This document shows positions 28,206 through 35,796 of a DNA stretch of 64,000 nucleotides, one piece after another (the first letter of the stretch is position 1; each line of letters starts with the position of its first letter). The notes below the pieces were generated by a model, which saw only the letters and a program-made list of their open reading frames with translations, ran no database searches and was not told the DNA's origin. This DNA is from an uncultured beta proteobacterium (GTDB lineage Bacteria > Pseudomonadota > Gammaproteobacteria > Burkholderiales > Casimicrobiaceae). The DNA lies in contig CAVZTS010000013.1 in NCBI GenBank assembly GCA_963778275.1, positions 46,713 through 110,712 of the forward strand, given 5' to 3'. Both the position numbers and the translations under genes were made by a program.

Positions 28206-28530
28206 CTAGCGCCCCACCAGCGCGAGCACGTCCGCCTTGAGAAAGCGCTCGACCACGAGCATGAACCCGAGCGACGGCTGCAGCAGCAGCGCGGTGATCG
28301 ACGAGATCTGGTAGTTGCCGCCCATGGTCGCATTGAACATCAACAGCGGCAGTGTCGTCACGTCGGGCACGCCGACGAAGTACGTGCCGGTGAATTCGTC
28401 GAGCGATTCGAGGAAGACGAAGATCGCGCTGGCGAGCAGGCCCGGCGCCGCAAGCGGCAGCGTCACCGTCCGGAAGCAGGTCCGATGCGGATGGGCTGTT
28501 GCCGCGCCCCGCGCTGCGTCTGCATACTGC
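28206..28530 (-). pseudogene. 3-prime remnant of an ABC transporter permease gene (BPD_transp_1 type)
   Basis: Only the last 90-100 residues look like a permease (...AARGAATAH..FRTVTLPLAAPGLLASAIFVFLESLDEFTGTYFVG...LLLQPSLGFMLVVERFL). Upstream of about 28530 the frame has no permease character, and no partner transporter genes follow. Confidence 0.6.
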
Positions 28531-28785
28531 CGCGCGCCACCCCGTGGATAACCCTTTGGCGGGCGTGGTTTGGGGGCTTTATGCCGCAGTTCGGCAGCCG
28601 GGATTGGCCGCCGGGGCGGAAGAGCGAACCCCCGGAGCGGGCTATAAGGACCCAACCGGCGGGTCTTAGGCCAGGCCCGCAGAGGGCAGAGCCCCGCCCC
28701 GCTCGAGAATTGCTGCATTTGCACCATTCCTGGCACAGCCCTTGCTCTATGTAGGACAAGGGCGAAGGCCTTAGAATCTTCCCCA

Positions 28786-28850
28786 CAGTGACTCATCAAA
28801 TTACGTCGATTAGCTGTATAGCTTTACTAAGATTGGCTGATAAGTCACTG
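28786..28850. repeat. 8-bp perfect inverted repeat flanking a 49-bp AT-rich spacer upstream of the pilus operon
   Basis: CAGTGACT (28786-28793) and AGTCACTG (28843-28850). Just downstream is a sigma-70-like TTGGCA (28854-28859)-N16-TATAAC (28876-28881). Confidence 0.5.
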
Positions 28851-28898
28851 AAATTGGCATTAATTTTCGACTACGTATAACTCTATAAGGATGAGATC

Positions 28899-29465
28899 AT
28901 GAAATCGATGGAGCTGAACAAGGTTTCCAATGCGTTGGTTCTGGCGTCGGTCATCGGTATCGGTGCCACGCTCTTCGCGGCTGCTCCGGCGCACGCCGGC
29001 AGCGCACCGGCCAACCTGGCGGTCACCGCCAACATCGCGGCCAATTGCACGATCAGCACCACGGCCGTCGCGTTCGGTGCCTACGACCCGGTTGTGGTCA
29101 ACGCCGCGACCGCGCTCAACGGTAACGGCACCGTGGTCATCGCCTGCACCAAGGGCTCGGCGCCGACCATCACGCTCGACCTCGGTCTCAATGCCGCGGC
29201 CTCGCAGCGGAACATGAAGATCACCGGCGGTGGCACCGATCTGCTCCAGTACCAGCTTTACCAGCCGCCCGGCACGGCGCCGAATACCGCCTGCACGTTC
29301 CCCGGCGCCACCGTATGGGGCACCTCGGTCCCGCAAACCTTCACCCCGACTTCACCGGGCAGCAAGGCGGCGCGGACCTACAACGTCTGCGGTACGGTTA
29401 CCGCAGGCCAGGACGTCAGCGTCGGTTCGTACGCGGACACGGTCGTCGCGACGGTCAACTTCTAA
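28899..29465 (+). CDS. Spore-coat-U (SCPU) domain pilin, likely the major subunit of a Csu-type pilus
   Basis: Signal peptide ...AAAPAHA, then NLAVTANIAANCTISTTAVAFGAYDP...GTVVIACTKGSAPTITLDLG...LLQYQLYQ...ARTYNVCGTVTAGQDVSVGSYADTVVATVNF. Confidence 0.85.
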   Translation: MKSMELNKVSNALVLASVIGIGATLFAAAPAHAGSAPANLAVTANIAANCTISTTAVAFGAYDPVVVNAATALNGNGTVVIACTKGSAPTITLDLGLNAAASQRNMKITGGGTDLLQYQLYQPPGTAPNTACTFPGATVWGTSVPQTFTPTSPGSKAARTYNVCGTVTAGQDVSVGSYADTVVATVNF

Positions 29466-29545
29466 GCCCGCGGGCGCGATGCACGCGCCCCGGCCCTGCA
29501 GCGGACAGCCGGGTTCAAGGCTGCCCGCGGTCGGTTCCCGAGTCA

Positions 29546-29578
29546 CGCGAAGTCGCGGCCGCAAGCCGCGACTTCGCG
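29546..29578 (+). promoter_or_regulatory. Strong intra-operon stem-loop between first and second pilin genes
   Basis: cgcgaagtcgcggc / gccgcgacttcgcg form a perfect 14-bp stem with a 5-nt loop. No U-tract follows. Confidence 0.55.
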
Positions 29579-29598
29579 CCTCGGCAACCCGGGTCGCC

Positions 29599-30174
29599 AT
29601 GGCTTTCGCTATCAACCGCCGCAAGCAACGCTCCGGGGCCGCGGCCGCGAGCTTGACCGCTGCCGCGCTGGTCCTTCTGGTCGCGGTGGCGCCGCGCGCC
29701 GTCGGCACCACCGCCGTGCTCGGCGTGTCGGCAACCGTCAATTCCAATTGCACGATCGCCACCAGCGCGGTCAGCTTCGGGCGCTATGAATCGCTCCAGG
29801 CCAACGCCACCGCCCCGCTCAACGCCGCCGGCACGGTCAGCATCGCCTGCACCAAGGGCTCGGCGCCGAAGATCACCATGGACTTGGGCCAGAACCCCAG
29901 CGGAGGCAGACGGTACATGGCGCTCGCGGCTGCCAGCGGCGGCCCGAATGCGCTCTACTACGAGATCTACCAGCCGCCTACCGCCGTTCCGGGAGCCGGA
30001 TGCAGTTTCCCGGGGACTGCCGCCTGGGGTCCGGCCGGGGCGCAAGCGTTCGTGCCAAGCCCTCCCGCAAGCCGGGCCGCGCGCACGTACAGCGTCTGCG
30101 GGACGATTCCGGCCGGCCAGGGCGTGGGCATGGGTTCTTACGCCGACACCGTCGTCGCAACGGTAAACTTCTGA
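29599..30174 (+). CDS. Spore-coat-U (SCPU) domain pilin, paralogue of the first
   Basis: ATG 29599 lies within track ORF 29230..30174. Signal peptide, then VSATVNSNCTIATSAVSFGRYES...GTVSIACTKGSAPKITMDLG...ALYYEIYQ...ARTYSVCGTIPAGQGVGMGSYADTVVATVNF. Confidence 0.85.
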   Translation: MAFAINRRKQRSGAAAASLTAAALVLLVAVAPRAVGTTAVLGVSATVNSNCTIATSAVSFGRYESLQANATAPLNAAGTVSIACTKGSAPKITMDLGQNPSGGRRYMALAAASGGPNALYYEIYQPPTAVPGAGCSFPGTAAWGPAGAQAFVPSPPASRAARTYSVCGTIPAGQGVGMGSYADTVVATVNF

Positions 30175-30213
30175 CGTCACCCAACACGCGGCGCACGATG
30201 GCTGCCCATCCGA

Positions 30214-30954
30214 ATGAAACCGACCGTCACCGCCCGTCGCATCCTTCCCTGGCTCGCCCTCACGCTCGCCCTCATGACCGGCGCGGCCACCGCGGGATCG
30301 TTCCAGGTCAACCCCATCCGCATCGAGATCGCCAAAGGGGCGACCACGGCCGCCATCGTGGTGCGCAACGACGGCGATGAGGGCATCGTCATCCAAGCGA
30401 ACGTCGTCGGCTGGAGCCAGGACGATGGCCAGGATGTCTATTCGCCGACGACCGAGGCGCTGGTGACGCCGCCGGTCATGACGGTGCCCGCGGGAGGCGA
30501 ACAGATCGTCCGGGTCGGCCTGCGCCGCCGCCCCGACGCGCAGCACGAACTCACCTATCGGATCTATCTGCAGGAGGTGCCGCCGCCGCCCAAGGCCGGG
30601 TTTACCGGCTTGCAGGTCGCGCTGCGCGTCGGGCTGCCGGTGTTCGTGCCGCCGGTTGCGGCCCCGGTGCGGCGCCTCGAATGGTCAACCCAGATCGGCC
30701 CGGATGGGGCCATCCGCCTCGCGGCGCAGAACACGGGGAATACCCATGTGCAGGTCACCGATTTCGTGCTCGGGCCGTCCGACGCAGGCGAGCCGCTTGC
30801 GCACGAATCATCGCTTGCCTACGTGCTTGCCGGACAGCGCCGCGAGTGGACGCTGCCGGCGGCGCCCGCGCGCGTCAAGCCAGGCAGCGAGCTCCGCCTG
30901 AAGGCCTATACCGATGCCGGTGAGATCGACACCGCGATCACCGTCGAGCGTTAG
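30214..30954 (+). CDS. Periplasmic fimbrial chaperone (PapD-like, CsuC-type)
   Basis: Signal peptide, then SFQVNPIRIEI...AAIVVRNDGDEGIVIQANVVGW...EQIVRVGLRR...YRIYLQEVPPP...LQVALRVGLPVFV. Confidence 0.85.
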   Translation: MKPTVTARRILPWLALTLALMTGAATAGSFQVNPIRIEIAKGATTAAIVVRNDGDEGIVIQANVVGWSQDDGQDVYSPTTEALVTPPVMTVPAGGEQIVRVGLRRRPDAQHELTYRIYLQEVPPPPKAGFTGLQVALRVGLPVFVPPVAAPVRRLEWSTQIGPDGAIRLAAQNTGNTHVQVTDFVLGPSDAGEPLAHESSLAYVLAGQRREWTLPAAPARVKPGSELRLKAYTDAGEIDTAITVER

Positions 30955-33307
30955 CCGCCGCGCCTCGTGGGCCCTCCTCATGCTCGTCGTCACCGCTCCC
31001 GTCGGCGCCCAGCCCAGCCTGACGGAACGAGTGCCGCCGGCGGCGCCAGTCCTGCTCGCGCCCGAGTCGAGGGACGAAGAGCTGCTGCTTCAGGTCGACG
31101 TCAACGCGCAGGGGCTCGCCGACACCGTGCTGGTGTTGCGCGACCCCGACGGCAGGATCGCGGTGCCCGTCGACAGCCTCGATCGCTGGCGGCTGCGCCG
31201 GCCCGAGGGGGCTCCGCGCTTCCATGACGGTGCGCCGTACTACCTGCTCGACGCGCTCTCCGGGGTGACCTACGTCTATGACAGCGCGCGGCAGCGGCTG
31301 ACGATCACCGCGCCCCCGGGCGCTTTTACCGACACCCAGTATGCGAATGCGGCAGCGCGCTATCCCGCTCCGACCCCCTCGCAGCCCGGGGGCTTCCTCA
31401 ACTACAACCTCTTCGCCTCGCGCGGGGCGGGCGAATCGCAGTACGCCGGCCAATTCGAGGCGGGCGTGTTCAGCCCGTACGGGGTCCTCGTGGCGGGAAT
31501 GCTCGCGCAGGACAACCCTGGCGCGAAGAATACCGTGCGGCTGGACACGACCTGGACCAGCGACTTTCCGCAGCAGCTGAGCACGCTGCGCATCGGCGAC
31601 ACGGTGAACGTGCCCGGGGCTTGGGGCCGGGCCGTGCGCTTCGGCGGCATCCAGTACGGCACCAATTTTGCCACCCAGCCGGGCTACATCACGTTTCCCT
31701 CGATTGCCGCCAACGGCCAGGCCGCGCTGCCCTCGACGGTGGACGTGTTCGTCAACAACGCCCTGGTCGCGCAGCGGCCGGTGCCGCCGGGCCCGTTCTC
31801 GATCACCAATATCCCGACGATCAACGGCAGCGGCAACGTGCAGCTCGTCGTGCGCGACCTCTTCGGTCGCGAGCAGGTCATTTCCCAGCCGTTCTACGCC
31901 AGTGTCAACCTCCTCAAGGAGGGGCTGGAGAGCTTTTCCTATGAAGCGGGCTTCGAGCGCAACAACTTCGGGGTCTCCAGCTTTGATTATGGTCATCCGC
32001 TGGCGAGCGCGACCTACAGCCGCGGCCTGACCGATCAGCTGACCGGCGAGGTTCACGGCGAGCTGCAGCGCGACTTGGGTGCGGCCGGCCTCGCCGCGAA
32101 CTACCTCATCACCGACATCGGCGTAGCCAGCGCCACGGTTGCGGGCAGTGGCGGCGGGGGTGGCGGAACCGGCGCGCTGGGCGGCGTCGGGTTCGAGCGC
32201 CAGACGGGTCAATTCAGCGTCGACGCGCAGGCGCAATGGACCGACCGGGCATTTCGCGAGATCGGCGCCACGCCGGACAATCCCGTGCCGCTGCGGCAAC
32301 TGAGCGGCTCGCTCGGCTATCAATTGCCACCGTACGGCACTGCGAGCATCACCTACGTCGCGCAGGATTTTCGTACCAAGCCGGACACCCATGTCCTGGC
32401 CGTCGGCTATTCGGTCAACCTCGGGCGCTGGGCTTTTCTCAACCTCAGCGCCGCCAGGACCTATGGCGCACTGGGCAGTGTCGCATTCGGCGCTACGCTC
32501 ACGATCCCCCTCGACGATCGGACGCTGGCGGGCGTCGCTTACAACGGCACGCGCAGATCGACCCAGGGCAACAGCAACGACACCAGCGCGACCCTGCAGC
32601 GCAGCCTGCCCGCGGGCGAAGGCTACGGCTATCGCCTCGTGGCCCATGCCAACGGCGATCTCGAGGCCAACGGGACCTGGCAGAACGACGTCGGGACCTA
32701 CATGCTGGACGCGTCGCGGTTCCAGGGCGCGTCCGCGGGCCGGGTCAGCGTCGAGGGCGGCATCGGCTACGTGGGCGGCCACCCGTTCCTCAGCCGCCAG
32801 ATCAGCGACAGCTTCGGCGTCGTTCGCGTCGCCGACTACCCGGGCGTCTCCGTTCTGCAGGACAACCAGGTCGTCGGCCGCACCGACGCCGAAGGCTATG
32901 CGGTGCTGCCGCTGCTGCGCGCCTACGACATCAACCGGGTGTCGATCGAGGAGCACGATCTGCCTCTCGATGCCCAGGTCGACCGGCTCAAGATCGAGGC
33001 CGTGCCGTATTTTCGCAGCGGGTTGCTCCTCGACTTCCCGGTGCGGCGATCGCATGGCGCGACCCTGCGCATCCGTCTCGACGACGGCGCGCCCGTCCCC
33101 TCGGGTGCCATCGTCCAGGTCGTCGGTCGCGATGAGGATTTCCCGGTGGCGCTCAATGGCGAGGCCTACGTCACCGGCCTCGAGCAACACAACCGCCTGC
33201 GCACGACGTGGAAGGGCAGGAGCTGCGAATTCGACGCCGAATTTCCGCCCTCGGCCGAGCCGCTGCCCGACCTCGGCACGTTCGCCTGTCATGGAGTTGC
33301 ACGATGA
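30914..33307 (+). CDS. Outer-membrane fimbrial usher (CsuD-type)
   Basis: 797-aa intact ORF with a signal peptide (WALLMLVVTAPVGA). The N-terminal segment LLLQVDVNAQGL...VLVLRDPDGRIAVPVDSLDRWRLR, the size and the position are typical of ushers. The start overlaps the chaperone gene end. Confidence 0.85.
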   Translation: MPVRSTPRSPSSVSRRASWALLMLVVTAPVGAQPSLTERVPPAAPVLLAPESRDEELLLQVDVNAQGLADTVLVLRDPDGRIAVPVDSLDRWRLRRPEGAPRFHDGAPYYLLDALSGVTYVYDSARQRLTITAPPGAFTDTQYANAAARYPAPTPSQPGGFLNYNLFASRGAGESQYAGQFEAGVFSPYGVLVAGMLAQDNPGAKNTVRLDTTWTSDFPQQLSTLRIGDTVNVPGAWGRAVRFGGIQYGTNFATQPGYITFPSIAANGQAALPSTVDVFVNNALVAQRPVPPGPFSITNIPTINGSGNVQLVVRDLFGREQVISQPFYASVNLLKEGLESFSYEAGFERNNFGVSSFDYGHPLASATYSRGLTDQLTGEVHGELQRDLGAAGLAANYLITDIGVASATVAGSGGGGGGTGALGGVGFERQTGQFSVDAQAQWTDRAFREIGATPDNPVPLRQLSGSLGYQLPPYGTASITYVAQDFRTKPDTHVLAVGYSVNLGRWAFLNLSAARTYGALGSVAFGATLTIPLDDRTLAGVAYNGTRRSTQGNSNDTSATLQRSLPAGEGYGYRLVAHANGDLEANGTWQNDVGTYMLDASRFQGASAGRVSVEGGIGYVGGHPFLSRQISDSFGVVRVADYPGVSVLQDNQVVGRTDAEGYAVLPLLRAYDINRVSIEEHDLPLDAQVDRLKIEAVPYFRSGLLLDFPVRRSHGATLRIRLDDGAPVPSGAIVQVVGRDEDFPVALNGEAYVTGLEQHNRLRTTWKGRSCEFDAEFPPSAEPLPDLGTFACHGVAR

Positions 33308-33841
33308 GACGCGTCACGACCGATTTTCACCGCGAGGTCGCGGCAGCGCCTGACCCGTGGTGTCCGCGCGGCCGGAGTCGCGCTGTGGCTGGGCCTCGTG
33401 CCGGCCTGTGCGCTCGCCGCGACGACCTGCGGCGTGTCCACGCCAGGGCTCGCCTTTGGCAACTACGACGTTTTTGCCGCCAGCGTCACGAACGGCAACG
33501 CCACGCTAACGATCACCTGCAGCCTTAACCCGCCACCCGGCGCTGCCACCGTCAACTACACCATCAGCATGTCCACCGGCATCAGCGGCAGCTTCGTGCA
33601 GCGGCAGATGAAGAGCGGCGTCAACGCGCTGGGCTACAACCTATACACCAGCAATGCCTATTCGGTGATCTGGGGCGACGGCACTGGTACCACGAAGACG
33701 GTCACGGGAAGTCTGCGACTCACCAGCGCCAATCCGACTCAGAGCGTCAAACCCACGGTGTATGGCCAGATTCCAGCCCTGCAGGACGCGGCGGTCGCGA
33801 ACAATTACGCCGACAACGTCACGGTTACCGTGACGTACTGA
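33304..33841 (+). CDS. Third SCPU-domain pilin (minor or tip subunit); its start is out of frame with its signal peptide
   Basis: Mature part: TTCGVSTPGLAFGNYDV...ATLTITCS...LGYNLYTSNAYSVIWGDG...NNYADNVTVTVTY (ORF 33398..33841). A signal-like stretch RGVRAAGVALWLGLVPACALA is in frame upstream but has no start codon. ATG 33304 (ATGA overlap with the usher stop) is in the +1 frame. The switch must lie between 33307 and about 33345, near a T4 run at 33324-33327. Confidence 0.7.
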
Positions 33842-33850
33842 AGCAGGCCC

Positions 33851-34576
33851 TCAGAGCGGCCGGATATTGAGCGCGAGCGGCCAGGGGTACGTACCGGGCT
33901 GGACCTGCGCGGAGAGGTTGAAGCGATAGGAGAGGTTGAGCGGCATGTCGCGGCCTTGCCGGCCGCGCTCGATGATCGCGCCGCCGTCCGGGCCGAGCTC
34001 GGCGCTGCCGCCGCTCGAGCTGACCCGTACCGAGGAGAAAATGGGCAGCCGGCTGAAAAAATCGACGACGTAGCCGGCGGGGTTGTTGGACGTGACCCGG
34101 AGCTGCGACGCCGCCGGGATATCGACGTAGCCGCGGGCTATATCCGCGGCGGTGATCGTGATCTCCGGAGATTGCTCGACGAGCTGCGCGACCGCCTGGG
34201 CGGGCACGATCGCGGTGACCGCGATCTGGCTGCGCAGTGCCGTGGCGTGCAGGTGCGGCGAGATCGTCGTTGCGGCGAGCGTCAGCGCACCGAAGACGAT
34301 CCGGCGTTGCATACGCAGAGCCCGGCTGACCACGGAACGCTGCACGAATCCCGCCTTGACGAGTTCCTCGCCCAGTCGCCGCCCGCTGTTCTTCTGCCGC
34401 TCCAGCGCGATGGCGAGCTGTTCTCGCGTGATTTTGCCCTGCGCAACCAGGATCTCACCGAGTTTCGGGGCGCGATCGGCCAGCGCTTGGGCGTTGCCAT
34501 TATGCGCCTGTCCGGCCGCGCGGGAACCGGCCGCCGCGGGCGCAATTGGGGCGTTAGGATGACGTTTCTTGTCCAT
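33851..34576 (-). CDS. MshEN-like (T2SSE_N, c-di-GMP-binding type) domain protein with a membrane segment and an unknown C-terminal domain
   Basis: ATG 34576 (MDKKRH). It carries tandem motifs KLGEILVAQGKITREQLAIALERQ and RLGEELVKAGFVQRSVVSRAL. These are followed by a hydrophobic segment IVFGALTLAATTI and about 150 aa of beta-rich sequence ending ...QPGTYPWPLALNIRPL. There are no ATPase motifs. Confidence 0.65.
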   Translation of the reverse strand: MDKKRHPNAPIAPAAAGSRAAGQAHNGNAQALADRAPKLGEILVAQGKITREQLAIALERQKNSGRRLGEELVKAGFVQRSVVSRALRMQRRIVFGALTLAATTISPHLHATALRSQIAVTAIVPAQAVAQLVEQSPEITITAADIARGYVDIPAASQLRVTSNNPAGYVVDFFSRLPIFSSVRVSSSGGSAELGPDGGAIIERGRQGRDMPLNLSYRFNLSAQVQPGTYPWPLALNIRPL

Positions 34577-34672
34577 TGGGCGGGCTTGCCCGCGGTCCTG
34601 CGGCGCGGTCACTGAAGGTCGATGCAAGACGCCGTGCCTGATCGTCCGAACGTGTGACGCGCTGCGCCGGCG

Positions 34673-35787
34673 TTACCCCAACACCTCCCGGGCCGTTTCG
34701 ACGATGAGCCTGAGCTTGGCCGATTGCGAGTCGCGGGCGATTTCGTTGCCGTGGACGGTGCTCGAGAAGCCGCATTGCGGTGACAGGCAGAGCTGCTCCA
34801 GCGGGACCACCCGGGAGGCAGCGTCGATGCGCCGCTTCAGCGTCAGCCTTCGACTCGAGCTCGCCCACCTTCGTGGTGACGAGCCCCAGCACGACGATCT
34901 TGTTCTGCGGCACGAAGCGCAGCGGCGCAAAATCGCCCGATCGGGCGTCGTCGTACTCGAGAAAGTAGCCGTCGACGCCGAGCTCGTTGAAAAGGACCTC
35001 CGCCACCGGCTCGTAGCCGCCTTCGGCGACCCAGGCGCTGCGGAAGTTGCCGCGGCACAGGTGCGTGCAGATGGTCATGCCGGCCGGGCGCCCGGCGATG
35101 GCCGCGTTGATCAGCTTCGCGTAGCGTCGCGGCAGCTCGTCCGGATCGTCGCCACGTGCGCGCGCGCCCTCCCGCAGCTTCGGATCGCACAGGTACGCGA
35201 GATTGGTGTCGTCAAGCTGGACATAGGTGCAGCCGGCGGCGCCGAGCGCCATTGAGTTCGGCCTGGTATGCGGCGGCGACGTCATTGAAGAATTCGTCGA
35301 GGTCCGGGTACGCCTCGCGGCTGATCGCGTCGCGGCCGCCGCGGAAATGCAGCATGGTCGGCGAGGGGATGCACACCTTCGGGGTACGCTTGGTCGCAGC
35401 CTTGAGGAAGTTGAAGTCGGCGACCTGGATCGGGTGCGCGTGGCGCACGTGGCCTGTGACGTGCAGCACCGGCGGCGCAAAATCGACGTCGCCCTGCGCG
35501 CTGTGGAAATGCGCGGTCAGGCCGCCGCGGGCTTCGACACCCTCAAGCTGCTCGAGAAAGTCGATGTGAAAGTAGGTGCGGCGGAACTCGCCGTCGGTGA
35601 TGCCCTGGAGGCCGATATCCTCCTGCAGGCGGACGACGTCGGCGATCGCTGCATCCTCGACCGCGCGCAGCGCGGCTTTGCCGATCTCGCCGTTCCGAAA
35701 GCGCTCGCGCGCGGCGAGCAATTGCGGCGGGCGCAGAAAGCTGCCGACATGGTCGGCACGAAACGGAGGCTGGGTGCGTTGGCTCAT
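34673..35787 (-). pseudogene. Cobalamin-independent methionine synthase (MetE C-terminal domain)-like protein, frame-disrupted
   Basis: One protein spans three frames. First: MSQRTQPPFRADHVGSFLRP...ITDGEFRRTYFHIDF...VAAAYQAEL (ORF 35212..35787). Second: LGAAGCTYVQLDDTNLAYLCD...ICTHLCRGNF...YFLEYDDARSGDF...VVLGLVTTK (ORF 34554..35480). Third: LKRRIDAASRVVPLEQLCLSPQCGFSST (ORF 34673..34930). Shifts are near 35250 and 34845. Confidence 0.75.
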
Positions 35788-35796
35788 CGCGGCCTC

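Noticed and set aside
28470-28740. GC-rich non-coding segment upstream of the pilus operon, examined for tRNA, tmRNA, group II intron domain V or an attachment site
   Set aside because: I could not find T-loop (GGTTCGAATCC-like) or intron D5-like motifs, or a repeat matching the other end of the putative island. It is left unassigned.
30938-33292. 784-aa minus-strand ORF covering the whole usher gene
   Set aside because: It is antisense to a well-supported usher. Its composition is dominated by Arg/Ala/Gly/Asp, as expected for stop-poor out-of-frame reading of very GC-rich DNA, and it shows no family resemblance.
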